DNA from: a virus
Lineage: Duplodnaviria; Caudoviricetes
Strand: one strand, 5' to 3'
DNA length: 64,000 nucleotides
Virus record (IMG/VR): IMGVR_UViG_2839026242_000001
Location: 1-64,000 of that record
How positions within the stretch are numbered: position 1 is the first letter of the stretch; each line of letters opens with the position of its first letter. The notes under the pieces were generated by a model that was given only the letters and a program-made list of their open reading frames with translations, made no database searches and had not been told where the DNA came from. Made by a program: the position numbers and the translations under genes. Shown piece by piece: positions 1 through 11,056 of the stretch.

Positions 1-55
1 GGCAATGGTACTGGGGTGTAAATAAGCCTATTTTGACAACAAATTAATCCAACTG

Positions 56-95
56 ACAAGCCTACTTTCATAACCATTGCTATTGGTAGTGTTGT
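56..95. other. Candidate att site of the serine integrase
   Basis: Imperfect inverted repeat ACAAgcCTAC...GTAGtgTTGT centred at 75/76, 10 bp past the integrase stop codon. Supported by position only. Confidence 0.3.
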
Positions 96-105
96 GAGAG
101 TAAGT

Positions 106-1731
106 CTATTTCCCCATAGAATAATCACCAGTTTTCATAAGCTTTTGAAGTATCTCATCAAATTCTGTCCTTAGTTTTACATCAATTTTTTTATCAAAAA
201 AATACACTCTGTTGACTGCATTAGCCAACATCATTTTTTTGGTATCATGATCTCCTCTTCTGTATTTATCCTCCCATTCTTCCATTGCTTTCTTCAGTTT
301 ATCGATCTCTTTTTTTCGCTCATCAGCCTTGCCTAATTCTGCCTTGTATTGATCTATTAATTTTTGACAATTATCAATTTCAGATTCTTTTAGGCGGATT
401 TGTTCCATAACATAATCTTCTGTCAGTTTACTTTCTCCTAAAGCAATTTTTACAATTAAATTTTTAATGGCTTCTAATTGTAAGTTTAAGTTTTGTTTTT
501 CTTTCTCAAGATTTTTTATTTGAAATTGTTTTTGTTCATATATGCTATCGAAAACATCTGTTACTAGGTTATTAAACTCATCTGAATTTGAGATTATATT
601 TAATAACTTAATAATCTCACTCTCGGTTCTGTAATCAAATTTTTTTGCACCGAAGTAGCTTTTTGGATGAGTTTCTCTGTGATGCAGAGATTCCCGACAA
701 ACATATCTCCAATACGTGTAACTGGCTTTCGTTCCATCTAATCTTGTTCTTGTTTTGGTGCTAGAATCTGCATAAAGTTTAGAGCCGCAATACCCACATC
801 TTGCCAGTCCAGAAAGAAGAAGATTGGCACTAGTAGATGGTACATTTATAGGTTCATTTATTTTGATTTTTTTATTCCTTACATCAAGTATTTTTTGTGT
901 TTTGTTAAATATATCTTCTGGAATAATTACTAGATCTTCACGAAAAGGCTTTAATTTTATTCCATCTTTGTCTGCTGTGTTGTATCTCTGTCTCCCAATG
1001 TATATAGGATTACGCAAAATTCTTCTAACTGCATTGCTACGCCATTTCTTTCCATCTTTTGATAAGAAGCTATTTTCATTCAGAAAATTTGTAATCCTAT
1101 CTGCTCCGTAACCTTTTTCAACAACTAAATAAAATATCAATTTTACAATTTTAGATTCATTTTCTGATATCATAAGATCCTTTATGGTTTTATCGTATTT
1201 TGGATGCTTGATTCCTGTGTCAAACATTTCATAGCCAAAAGGAATATTACCTCCTGTCCACCTCCCTTGTTCATTCATCTGTTTTAGGGCTTCAGAAACA
1301 CGAATTGAAGTTTTTTTACTTTCTCCCTCTGCTACCCAAAATCTTAAAAATGATAATAGGCTATCTTCATGCTTTTCATTATTGTTTAAAATCCCGTCTT
1401 CTACTGACCATACTTCAACCCCTTGTTTTTTTAAAAATTCAAGCATAAAAGGTATTTCAAATTTGTTCCTTCCAAGTCTATCGTCTTTCCAAACAATCAA
1501 AATGTCAAATTTTCCTTCTTCTGCTGCTTTCTTAATAACTTGCAACTTATCTCTTTCTTGAACGCTCTTTTTAAAACCTGACACGCCTAATTCAGATAAT
1601 TCCTCAAGCAATTCCCAATCAGGTCTCTTCTGCACAAATTTTCGTACAGCATTCCTTTGCATTGGTATATCGTCTTCTATTGCTTGCTTTTCTGTTGAAA
1701 CTCTATATAAAGCCCACACTCTTTTTTTCAT
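106..1731 (-). CDS. Large serine recombinase (phage integrase, SprA-like)
   Basis: N-terminal LYRVST catalytic Ser motif, DRLGR, recombinase domain (ILRNPIYIG), Zn ribbon CGYCG, coiled coil; GGAGG RBS at 1744-1748. Confidence 0.95.
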   Translation of the reverse strand: MKKRVWALYRVSTEKQAIEDDIPMQRNAVRKFVQKRPDWELLEELSELGVSGFKKSVQERDKLQVIKKAAEEGKFDILIVWKDDRLGRNKFEIPFMLEFLKKQGVEVWSVEDGILNNNEKHEDSLLSFLRFWVAEGESKKTSIRVSEALKQMNEQGRWTGGNIPFGYEMFDTGIKHPKYDKTIKDLMISENESKIVKLIFYLVVEKGYGADRITNFLNENSFLSKDGKKWRSNAVRRILRNPIYIGRQRYNTADKDGIKLKPFREDLVIIPEDIFNKTQKILDVRNKKIKINEPINVPSTSANLLLSGLARCGYCGSKLYADSSTKTRTRLDGTKASYTYWRYVCRESLHHRETHPKSYFGAKKFDYRTESEIIKLLNIISNSDEFNNLVTDVFDSIYEQKQFQIKNLEKEKQNLNLQLEAIKNLIVKIALGESKLTEDYVMEQIRLKESEIDNCQKLIDQYKAELGKADERKKEIDKLKKAMEEWEDKYRRGDHDTKKMMLANAVNRVYFFDKKIDVKLRTEFDEILQKLMKTGDYSMGK

Positions 1732-1776
1732 CTTTTACATAGACCTCCTTCAAAAGATATTATACCATATATAAAC

Positions 1777-1824
1777 AAAATAAAAAAACACCCCACTTTA
1801 TTATGTGGAATGTTTTTTTATTTT
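1777..1824. terminator. Intrinsic terminator separating the early operon from the integrase gene
   Basis: Long imperfect inverted repeat AAAATAAAAAAACA-CCCCAC...GTGG-AA-TGTTTTTTTATTTT. An extended -10 (TGGTATAAT, minus strand) for the integrase lies just downstream. Confidence 0.65.
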
Positions 1825-2005
1825 AAATCACGCTATCATATAACCTTCTCATTGCCATTAATGTGTTCATATGATCCTCTCTATTGTTTGTAAACGTGAT
1901 GATTACATGAAAACCATCTGTTGTTTTTTCACATTCTGCGGTAACTGTCCCATCTTCATTTCTTTTATATATATATTTGTTTTCCCCTAGATAGAAACTA
2001 TTCAT
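1823..2005 (-). CDS. Candidate recombination directionality factor (SprB-like position)
   Basis: 60-aa ORF (MNSFYL start, AAGGAGG RBS) at the end of the early operon after the RecU-like gene, the same position as yotN/sprB after yotM in SPbeta. Inferred from synteny. Confidence 0.45.
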   Translation of the reverse strand: MNSFYLGENKYIYKRNEDGTVTAECEKTTDGFHVIITFTNNREDHMNTLMAMRRLYDSVI

Positions 2006-2042
2006 TTCATTCTCCTCCTTAATATTTTTGCCCATTCAATAG

Positions 2043-2687
2043 TTAAACAACTAATGTTTCAATCCATTTTGCTGTTTTTTGAAGTTGCAATTTATCCAAA
2101 TATCCCTTTTCGACAAACAATTTGCATGACTTATTGACAAAATCATTAATCTTATACCTATAATTACTTCTCAGCTTTTCATGATTAATTCTAATCCCGA
2201 TCTCAGAACAATCTTCCCTGCTTAATCCAGATTTAGCCGTCCGAACAGCGAAATCCCAAAAATCATTAATATGTATGAAGAATGTTTCATTCTCATATAT
2301 TCTTGTTTTCAATTTACGCTCACGAAAATTAACCACAAATCCAGCGATAACGCCCTGATACTTAACTGCTTCTCTGAGTTCCTTAACCTGATTTGCTTTT
2401 ATCATGACATTCGTTTTTTTATTTTTAGGTTTTTTATCAGGTGAACTTACACCTTCTACGTATGGATTGAAACTGATTGATGCGCCTTTAGTGCTTTTTA
2501 ATTCAAGCAGCCATAGAAATGGTGGGTTATATTGGATAGCATCACATGGATTTTCCGATTGAAATGATGAACTATTGCCTTGCAACCATTTAGCCCCGTC
2601 CCGAAGTCTCATATAGAAGTGTTCAGACGATTTGTAACTGTCTCGCCAATTTTGTTCAAACTTTTTACCGTCTTTTGTATTAGCCAT
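2043..2687 (-). CDS. RecU-like Holliday junction resolvase (YotM-like)
   Basis: GKKFE...RLRD...NPCD...LLELKST...HQ-like (NQVKEL) PD-(D/E)XK RecU signature. Confidence 0.8.
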   Translation of the reverse strand: MANTKDGKKFEQNWRDSYKSSEHFYMRLRDGAKWLQGNSSSFQSENPCDAIQYNPPFLWLLELKSTKGASISFNPYVEGVSSPDKKPKNKKTNVMIKANQVKELREAVKYQGVIAGFVVNFRERKLKTRIYENETFFIHINDFWDFAVRTAKSGLSREDCSEIGIRINHEKLRSNYRYKINDFVNKSCKLFVEKGYLDKLQLQKTAKWIETLVV

Positions 2688-3224
2688 TTGTTCACTCGCT
2701 TTCCAAATGAATTGTGAATTTCATTGGATTTCTTTTAATAACTCATTAGCAAAAAAGTGATGCCGTTTTGCCATAATCAATATCTGTTCGTTTAACGGCT
2801 TACCCTCAATCTCTTCAAGCGTTTTTTGTGTTAGTTCATTGCCCTCTAATGCACATGTAGATAATACTGCAATCCATTTATTTCTTAACTCCAACATCTT
2901 ACCAAAACCAATAGTGGCCATATAACACCTCATAAAGGGGAGTAGTTTATTCTGTCTTGTCTACCCATTTCAATACTTCAACCTTTTTAAGTTCAACCTC
3001 TACGCATTCCACTTCATCTTCATATTCCCACGGGCTTTCATCTTGCATCTCAGTTGCACCAATGCTGTAATAAGCACGATAAAACTTCCCTTGATATTCA
3101 AAAATGATTTTATGTTGAATACTCCATCGTGAATTACCTACAATCTCATCGAGAATTGCTGAATGCGGAAGATCAAGTTTGTTAATAAGAAAATCTTTTT
3201 TAAATCTAATAATTCTGGGTTTCA

Positions 3225-4130
3225 TTAATTGTCCTCCTTTAGAACAACTCCGTAACCTTGACAATGTTTACATTCAACATATGGTCTGTTGATTTCCGCA
3301 ATCAACTCCTGAAGATATGTATTAATTTTATTTTTCAAATCCTGTTCATTTTCGCCACTAAATTCTGTAGCAGGTTCGTAATCCTTTTTAACATCAGGAC
3401 TAATTTCTAATATCGTGATTTCTTTTGTATTTCTATAACGTTTAACAAAATTTGGCTTTCTTCTGGTTCCCTGATTTAAATTCACTTCATATTCAAACGG
3501 CTCATAGAGTTCAATTTTTTTCTTAACTCTAAATACAAAATCATAATCTGCATCAATTTTTGCATAACGTTGATCGATATTTTCTCTAATATATTTTCTA
3601 ATGATGTTAAAACTATCTTTTCGAGTCATTTTACATGGTTTTGTAGGTAGTAATACGGGGTGTGTATTTAGCAGATCAAGAAAATTATATTTAAGCTCAT
3701 ACTCTTGTTTGGTGATTTCAAACTGATCTAATTCCTCAATAATATTAATCTCAAATGGAATTTCTTCATAAGTTTCTTCTGTTAGTTCAAATTTCTTTTC
3801 ATATAATCCAATTACTTCAGCATATGGACTATCTTCGTCTATATATTTTTCATTGATGATTTTTGGAGTTAATTCACTTTCAGGAAACCCTGCTTTTAAC
3901 TCATATCTTTCATTAATCCTTTGAGGTGGCACTCTACGTTCGACTTTATTAGGAATTGACTTTAGTTCATACCATGATTTCTGATACGTCTCTTTTGGCT
4001 CTACTCCATCAAACAGATACTGCTTAATGCGCGAAGTATGATAATAAGAGTTTTCGATGTTATCTGAGATAAATACTTTTTCTTTTGTCTTGATAGCAAT
4101 TAGTTTTAATTTTGTTTGATTTTCTTTCAT
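3225..4130 (-). CDS. Hypothetical phage protein with C-terminal CxxCxGxG motif
   Basis: 301-aa ORF with GGAGG RBS; ends in CKHCQGYG. Confidence 0.75.
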   Translation of the reverse strand: MKENQTKLKLIAIKTKEKVFISDNIENSYYHTSRIKQYLFDGVEPKETYQKSWYELKSIPNKVERRVPPQRINERYELKAGFPESELTPKIINEKYIDEDSPYAEVIGLYEKKFELTEETYEEIPFEINIIEELDQFEITKQEYELKYNFLDLLNTHPVLLPTKPCKMTRKDSFNIIRKYIRENIDQRYAKIDADYDFVFRVKKKIELYEPFEYEVNLNQGTRRKPNFVKRYRNTKEITILEISPDVKKDYEPATEFSGENEQDLKNKINTYLQELIAEINRPYVECKHCQGYGVVLKEDN

Positions 4131-5061
4131 ATTAATCCTCCTGTGTTTTATTATTTTTGAATCAAAGGTGGATTTTAAAGAATTTTGTAAGCTGTGAATC
4201 TATTATGTAATTCAAGTACAAGATTTTGAATGTTTACTTTAAATTCTTTTAGATGAACAATTTGACCAATTATATATGCAATTCTTTGTCGCTTAGAATA
4301 ATAATCCTCATCTTTGATTAATACCTTATTGATTTCAAGGAAAATTGATTCTGAAACAGATTCTGCCAACTGCTCTTTCAATAAGCTTTCTTGGAGTTCT
4401 ATTTCTTTGATTAAATGTTGGACTGATTGAATTGCTTCCTCGCACACCTCTTTTAACTTTTCACCCATTTTATAACCCTCTCTTTCTTGTAAAGCAATAA
4501 TATAATTAATTCCATAATCTTCTTAAACAATCACCAACATAGTTAACCAAGGTCAGATTGTTTTTTGTTTCTTTTAGCCCTTTCCAAATTGGATAGGCAG
4601 GAAAATTATACTTTTTTCCCATATAACATAAAGCATCAATAAATCTTCTCAAATCGGCAATCATTTGTGGATTTTCCAAGTTGTCATACATATAATCAAC
4701 GATCATTTTTGCTAATCTTTCATCTGCTCTATACCCTCGAAGAGATTCATCGTCTACTTTAATTCCCCAACACTCAGCCAACTCTGACCAATCATAGCCA
4801 TTGAATTCAAATTCCTTACTCATGATACCTCCATTTTAATCTCTCTTTTTGAGCCATTTATAATACCCACATTTCTTACAAGCATAAGATCTTTCCTCGT
4901 TGCTCTCATAAATTAGAGACCATTTATGTATCCCTAGTGAACACAGGATATAAAACTTTTGAAATGGTATCATTTAATAGCTGCGCTCCAATAAAATTAA
5001 TTTGCTAAAGTCATTCCCTGAACTAATCCTTTACCAGTCCTTTCTTTGATAAGGCTATTTT

Positions 5062-5739
5062 TTATTCAATGATTTCCAGTCTTACTTTCTTGGCACGAGT
5101 AATCATATCTTCAACATTGATTCCATTAATAAAGAAATCTTTCGAGCTATTTTCGCCATGCTGAATGAAAAATTCCCCTTCTACAACGTTTAGCACATGA
5201 CCTTTCATTCTATTAAGAAATGTGTTAATATCTTCAAATTTATATGTATCATGAACCACTCTGTCACCAACATTAAACTTAAAATGAATGCTACTTTCGC
5301 AATCGCCATAACCATAACCATTAAAAAGCCCTGTGATCTCTATGTTTTCAAAATTAAAATACTCTTTTAGACATTGAACCAAATATTCGCTTTTCTTAAT
5401 GAAATTATCTTTGAAATATTTAATTGCATCTTCCACTGTTGAAAACACAGAGTAGTAATAAGTATCCTCAAAATCTGGATTTTTTTTAATTTTAAATTCT
5501 AAATTTGATTCATAATTCTTAAAATACATACTTACATGGATATCTTCACTGTTATTCTCAACAATATCAATGTCAGCGTCAGGAAAAGCATTTTTTAAAG
5601 TATCATAGATATCAAATGATGATTCATCAGTTAGTTCTTTTATGTAGTTATTTTTAATATGAGAAATAAGCTCTTGTTCGCTTGTAAATTTGATATTGTC
5701 GATTGTGCAGATATATTGTTTTTTCATTACTGACAACAC
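5062..5739 (-). CDS. Hypothetical phage protein (N-terminal C2H2-like finger)
   Basis: 225-aa ORF, YICTIDNIKF...LISHIK motif. Confidence 0.6.
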   Translation of the reverse strand: MLSVMKKQYICTIDNIKFTSEQELISHIKNNYIKELTDESSFDIYDTLKNAFPDADIDIVENNSEDIHVSMYFKNYESNLEFKIKKNPDFEDTYYYSVFSTVEDAIKYFKDNFIKKSEYLVQCLKEYFNFENIEITGLFNGYGYGDCESSIHFKFNVGDRVVHDTYKFEDINTFLNRMKGHVLNVVEGEFFIQHGENSSKDFFINGINVEDMITRAKKVRLEIIE

Positions 5740-5999
5740 TCCTTTGATTTGAGATTATTATAAAAATGCTTTAATCAAATCCGAAGTAAGCTCTCTTCCA
5801 TTTTGAAAGAATCTAAATTGAAATTTCAATTCCCCATTTTCCCATGTTTCCATTCGATATGTATAAAAATCTCCACTTTCAGTTGATAGCTCGATTGCCT
5901 TTTGTGCTACCTTTTCAGGGTCTGTGCCTTCATAGCAGTAAAAATCATGAACCCAATCATATTTGTTAAGTTTGTAAATTTTCATATTTCCTCCTGAGT

Positions 6000-6359
6000 T
6001 TATGCATAAGCTAAATTGCGCCCACTATTTGATTCCTTTTTTGAATTCCCTAATAGTCTTACATTAAACACTTTGAATTTATTGCGGTTCAGAGAATACA
6101 ATCTGTTATTGCGCCAGTTGGTGTATACATATTTTGAATCAGTATATACTATAACTTTATTAATTTTATTTTCTAAAGCCCACTCTAACATCTTATTGAA
6201 TGCCATCATTTCTATTACTGCGTAATTTCTATTGCAATCTAGCAATTCATAATGCTGGTATTCAATATTGTCTTTACAATCTGTAATTGTAAATGCCAAT
6301 GCCGATCTTTTGCCGACAGACTGTGAGGTTCCATCTATGTATGCTCTATACATTTGCAT
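6000..6359 (-). CDS. RNase H-like protein (RVT_3-like), possibly degenerate at the C-terminus
   Basis: AYIDG, IEMMA, VYTDS motifs; the terminal N..AD motif is not evident. Confidence 0.65.
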   Translation of the reverse strand: MQMYRAYIDGTSQSVGKRSALAFTITDCKDNIEYQHYELLDCNRNYAVIEMMAFNKMLEWALENKINKVIVYTDSKYVYTNWRNNRLYSLNRNKFKVFNVRLLGNSKKESNSGRNLAYA

Positions 6360-7080
6360 CCTCCTTTGAGCTAATGAAGTGCTGTGTATATTTCCCATCT
6401 GTAATTTCTAAGCAATTCAATTGATAACCATAGGCAGTTCCCCCATCAATTCCAATCTTATCATCAGCAAACCATATATTAGGCTTGCCATGAAGGTTAA
6501 TGCATGGAGTGTGACCGAACACTATTGTTTTATCTGTTTTGGTTGGGTGATAATGGAATAAATTACGAATCCAGAGCATGTCCTCATGTGGTGTGAGTCG
6601 CCAGTTTTCATAGTTGGGATTTAATCCAGCATGAACAAAGATGAAATCATTCGTTTCGTAAAAGTATGAAAGCTCCTTTAAGAAGTCTACATGGTGTTTG
6701 CAATGTTTTAAAATAAAATTCTTTGCCTTTATAGTATCAATGCCTGAATCAAAGAAATCTAAACCACAATACGATTCAACAGTTTGCAGACCACCATTTC
6801 TAAAGAAGTTGAACTCATTCATTCCATCATTAGTGATAAGCCAGTCCAAAAACATTTGGTCATGGTTCCCTCGAAGAACTACCACATCATATGTATTCGC
6901 TAGTTCAATAATTTTTTCTATAACCTCTTTGCTTTTCTTGCCACGGTCAACGTAATCTCCTAGAAGTATCAGTTTGTCTTGTGTTGGGCTATAGTTAACT
7001 TTTTCGAGCAATTTGATAAATTGATCGTACATGCCATGTATATCACTTATAGCAAGTATCCTCTTGTTTTGTTGATTCAT
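6346..7080 (-). CDS. Calcineurin-like metallophosphoesterase (Ser/Thr phosphatase family)
   Basis: SDIHG, GDYVDRG, RGNHD, VHAG, FGHTP, IDGG motifs. Confidence 0.92.
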   Translation of the reverse strand: MNQQNKRILAISDIHGMYDQFIKLLEKVNYSPTQDKLILLGDYVDRGKKSKEVIEKIIELANTYDVVVLRGNHDQMFLDWLITNDGMNEFNFFRNGGLQTVESYCGLDFFDSGIDTIKAKNFILKHCKHHVDFLKELSYFYETNDFIFVHAGLNPNYENWRLTPHEDMLWIRNLFHYHPTKTDKTIVFGHTPCINLHGKPNIWFADDKIGIDGGTAYGYQLNCLEITDGKYTQHFISSKEDANV

Positions 7081-7480
7081 AAAAACTCCTTTCGCAATTA
7101 TAATCATACAAAGCTTCAATAAAATCATCTTTTAGATATTGTGGAAGCATATTATAAATTTCATTAATAGTAAACTTGTCTTCGCTGTTTTTGAGCATTA
7201 TTTCTTTGTATTCTTGAATTATTTTATTCTTTTTTTGAATATAGCCTTTATAGGCATGATCCTGAAAGGTGGTAATAACTATGCTAAATGTTAGAAGAAT
7301 CACAAACATAATAGGGAGCCAAATAGGTTCGCGCAACGGATGATATTTAAATATCGTAAAAAGACAAAACAGAAATGAATATGCTGCTATTAATCTTAGG
7401 CTGATAGATAGAAAGAATTTTTGTTTAGACAAAATAAAATTCTTATAGTTATATTTGATTTTATTTTTTATTGTCAACAT
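7043..7480 (-). CDS. Hypothetical membrane protein
   Basis: Two hydrophobic segments. Confidence 0.55.
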   Translation of the reverse strand: MLTIKNKIKYNYKNFILSKQKFFLSISLRLIAAYSFLFCLFTIFKYHPLREPIWLPIMFVILLTFSIVITTFQDHAYKGYIQKKNKIIQEYKEIMLKNSEDKFTINEIYNMLPQYLKDDFIEALYDYNCERSFYESTKQEDTCYK

Positions 7481-7953
7481 TTATCATCATCCTCGTCATT
7501 CAAAGCAATCTTCCTATAATTGAATGAATATCTTTGTTTTGATACAGATTAAAATAATGTGGGAATTTAAAACTGTCTCTTTTGTTGGCTTTTGCTCTGC
7601 CAGTTTTCGTTTTAATTATTATAAATTGACCGTTAAAGGCTTGTATCTTTTCCCAGTCGCCATTTTCAAAATTTAAATCGTCCATTAAAAATGCAGGAAC
7701 TTTTATGAACATAATGTACACATCTCCTTTGCATATGAAGTAGACTAATCTTAGTCTAGGTTCCCTTCTTTGTTTAACCTCCCGTAAATTGCACCAAAAT
7801 GGTTAATGCATAGCTTTTTGAAGCACTCACTGTTGTCACATATTAAATAGTCGTCGATTTGATATGCATAATCTCCCTCAAGCATTTCTTCTTTGCATGC
7901 ACATTTTGCAACTTTTAAAGTACTACTTTCAATATATTGAAATCTGTCCATTA

Positions 7954-8535
7954 TCATTCACCCCTTGTTGGAGGGTTTTTGTAATGTTGTCTACAAACAG
8001 ACTTGTAGACATCTTCAATGCCTAATTCAATAACCTTTCCAGTGTAGACAGGAATGCCATCTTTAAATTTAAGGATATGTGTTGCTTTTCGGTTACAATA
8101 GCTGCATACAGTTTTGATTTCCTCGATTTTATCTGCCATGCATAATATAGCCTGACTCCCTTTAAACAATTGATTTCTAAAGTCTTTGAGTAACCCATAG
8201 CAAATAACCGGAATATTAAGCCGATCTACAACTTCAGCAAGTTGTTGAATATGTATTGGATCAACAAATTGAATCTCATCCACTAATACACAGTCTGGCA
8301 TGTTTTCTTCTATTAAACTATAAACATCGGTTTTAGGCTGTATTGGAATTGCATCTCGACTAACCCCCACTCTTGAGGTAACTTTCCCCTTGCCAAAGCG
8401 AATGTCAATTTCAGGAGTAAACACCATAACTTTTTTGCCCGATTTTTCATAGTTGTGCGCAGTTGTTAATAGCAAAATTGATTTTGATGCATTCATCTGT
8501 CCATATTTAAAATATAATTTTGCCGTAAAAATCAC
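7954..8535 (-). CDS. tdk: Thymidine kinase
   Basis: YGQMNASKS P-loop, VDEIQF, YGLLKDF, Cys Zn ligands, CRQHY. Confidence 0.95.
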   Translation of the reverse strand: MIFTAKLYFKYGQMNASKSILLLTTAHNYEKSGKKVMVFTPEIDIRFGKGKVTSRVGVSRDAIPIQPKTDVYSLIEENMPDCVLVDEIQFVDPIHIQQLAEVVDRLNIPVICYGLLKDFRNQLFKGSQAILCMADKIEEIKTVCSYCNRKATHILKFKDGIPVYTGKVIELGIEDVYKSVCRQHYKNPPTRGE

Positions 8536-9781
8536 CTCTTATCACTTTAAATTTTATGAATTTGTTTATACTAGATGATATTGAATGTTTTTATTTTCTT
8601 TTATAATAAGATACTTTGAAAGTTCAGGTTCATCTTCTACTTCCATCCATTTTACGATTCCCTCATATGTATTAAGCAAGCCTTGAAATATTTCACCGCT
8701 TGCTGCCAAATGTTGTTTTAAATCATCAAATGTTGCTAGACTAGGGCTTTCGTCAATTGATAATGCATAGTCTAGGTTGTCTGTGACTAAAGAACTGCAA
8801 ATGCTGTCAGAATGATTATAACGGCAAAGATAAACTTGTTTAATCATTATTGTCATCCTTTCTCATTCATATTTTAAATATGTAAGCTGTTAATCAGCAA
8901 AGTGCAACTAAACCAATTGCTTGTTCATTCTTCATCAATACACTTTTTCTTTTTTTTATTTTGTTTTATTACTTTAAACCAGTCTCTATATGTGGCTAAC
9001 ATGCCAGCGATGCATATCACACATGTAAAGACTCCAGTAAATGCACTCGACTGTCCACCGATCATTAATCCTAGAGAAATGCCAATTCCAAAGCCCCAAA
9101 ATAAAAACATAGAACTGAAGAGAAGTATATACATTTTATTCATAGCCCCTTTAATTTCCGATTTGGCAGTATTTTTAAGTTTAAAGTTCACATTATGGCA
9201 TCTCTTGTTGTAGGCACTCTTCTCGTAAATCATAATCAAACTCCCATTGCTCAATAAGTTCACTTAGTATGTATGAGTCGATTGTTTTATTCTGTTTTAT
9301 GTTGTCATAGATAGCCATTTTCACTCTATTAAGCACATACTTATCTTTTGTCATAGATTGTCCCCTTTCTAATCAATTTGATTTTTATAGCAATTTAGAA
9401 AGTCTTTTTTCCAATCTTTTTCGTTTATTTGCAGATTGGTTGGCTTTTTGAATATGCCTCTTTTCTTCTTTTCGCAATAGTCTCAGTCGTCTAATAATAT
9501 CTTGGATTTCTGCTTCTAAATTATTTATAGTATCACGTCCTTTTTCGTTAAAACTAATATTTTATCGTGTCTTCCTGAGCGCTAGATAACAATCAATTTC
9601 CTTTTTAAATTTTTTATCTATGCTGTATTGAATACAACTAGACGCAATTAAGTTCATTATCATATCTTTAACTCTCTCTTTAGTTTCTATGCTCCCAAAG
9701 ATTCCATTTGCAATGGTAATTGCACATTCCTCTATTTGATTTAGATTCAATTTATTTCTCCTTTCTATATGTTATACAATT

Positions 9782-10270
9782 TCACTTTGCAATTACTTTC
9801 TTTTTCTTCTCTCGATACTTAAAGTTAAAATCAAACATCTTCGGGATTGTTATATATGTATCTTTTACAATTTTATTTTTAACCCCTTTTACTTTTTTAT
9901 TTTTTGATAATCGATCCGCTTCATTGTTTTCATTTCGAGCTACCCACTTAAAGGTAATGTTTTTGAAGTGTGGAATATACTCTTCTATAATTTTTCGCTT
10001 GCTTACATTCCTTTCTCCTTTGCCCCTCCCATTCGCAATGTCAATTACATTTCTATTGTCACCACAAATTATTACATTCTTGATACCAAGTTCCTTAAGT
10101 TTTCTTAACAGCCTAGCTAATGCGATCCATTCCGCATGGTTACTATCGTCAGTTGTTGTAATAAAAATTTCTTTATCAATTGCTTTCTTTTTGGGATTGT
10201 AGATTACATATGCTAATGTAGCTGTTCCATTTGACCAATTGTAAGAAGCATCAAAATATGCTTTGTGCAA
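9782..10270 (-). CDS. RNase H-like protein (RVT_3-like)
   Basis: YFDAS, SNHAEW, GDN, WVARNENNEADRLS motifs. Confidence 0.85.
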   Translation of the reverse strand: MHKAYFDASYNWSNGTATLAYVIYNPKKKAIDKEIFITTTDDSNHAEWIALARLLRKLKELGIKNVIICGDNRNVIDIANGRGKGERNVSKRKIIEEYIPHFKNITFKWVARNENNEADRLSKNKKVKGVKNKIVKDTYITIPKMFDFNFKYREKKKKVIAK

Positions 10271-10537
10271 TATCTCCCCCTCCTTCTTAACAAAGAGTAC
10301 AACATATTATGTTATGTATTCTATATGCCACTCCCCATTTTCCCATATGTAACACACAGGCATTGAAAAATAATATTTACTTTCGTCAACGTAAAATATA
10401 TCTCCCTCCTTAGCTTTGTTTGGCAAATCTTTTAAAAAATTGAGAACGTATCCTGTTGTCATTGCTGTCATGAAATGAAGTCCTCCGATAAAGCAAATGA
10501 GTCTAGCAAGTTTTACCTTGTAGACTCATTTTACAAT

Positions 10538-11056
10538 CTATTTGCTAGTTTGTAAATACGTTTTATTATTTTTATTTTTTATTTCGTAAACAAAGAACGT
10601 ATGATCATGTTTGTTTTGCTCATCTTTTATTCCTTTTTTCATACTGACTAGTTCCCAGTCATTCATATCAAAAACAGGAAAGTATGTATCGCCCTCGAAC
10701 TCGGCATCGACAAATGTGATATATATTCTGCTTGTATGAGGCAAAAATTGCTTATAAACAGAAGCGCCGCCAATAACAAAGACTTCATCTTCATTTCGGT
10801 ATCTTTCTAAAATATCTTTTACTGAATGACTTACATAACATCCTTCTACATGGAAGTCCGGTCTTGACGTTAAAATAACATTTGTGCGATCAAATAGTGG
10901 TTTCTTTAAAGACTCAAAAGTTTTTCGTCCTTGTACTACCACTTTACCCAATGTTTTCTCTTTGAAATAGGCTAAATCTCGTGGTAGTTTCCATGGCAAT
11001 GAGTTGTTATTGCCAATGAGTCGATTTCGGTCAAAAGCTGTGATAATTGAAATCAA
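10538..11056 (-). CDS. dfrA: Dihydrofolate reductase
   Basis: IG..N.LPWKLP.DL..FK, GRKTFES, IGGA, GDTYFP. Confidence 0.95.
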   Translation of the reverse strand: MISIITAFDRNRLIGNNNSLPWKLPRDLAYFKEKTLGKVVVQGRKTFESLKKPLFDRTNVILTSRPDFHVEGCYVSHSVKDILERYRNEDEVFVIGGASVYKQFLPHTSRIYITFVDAEFEGDTYFPVFDMNDWELVSMKKGIKDEQNKHDHTFFVYEIKNKNNKTYLQTSK

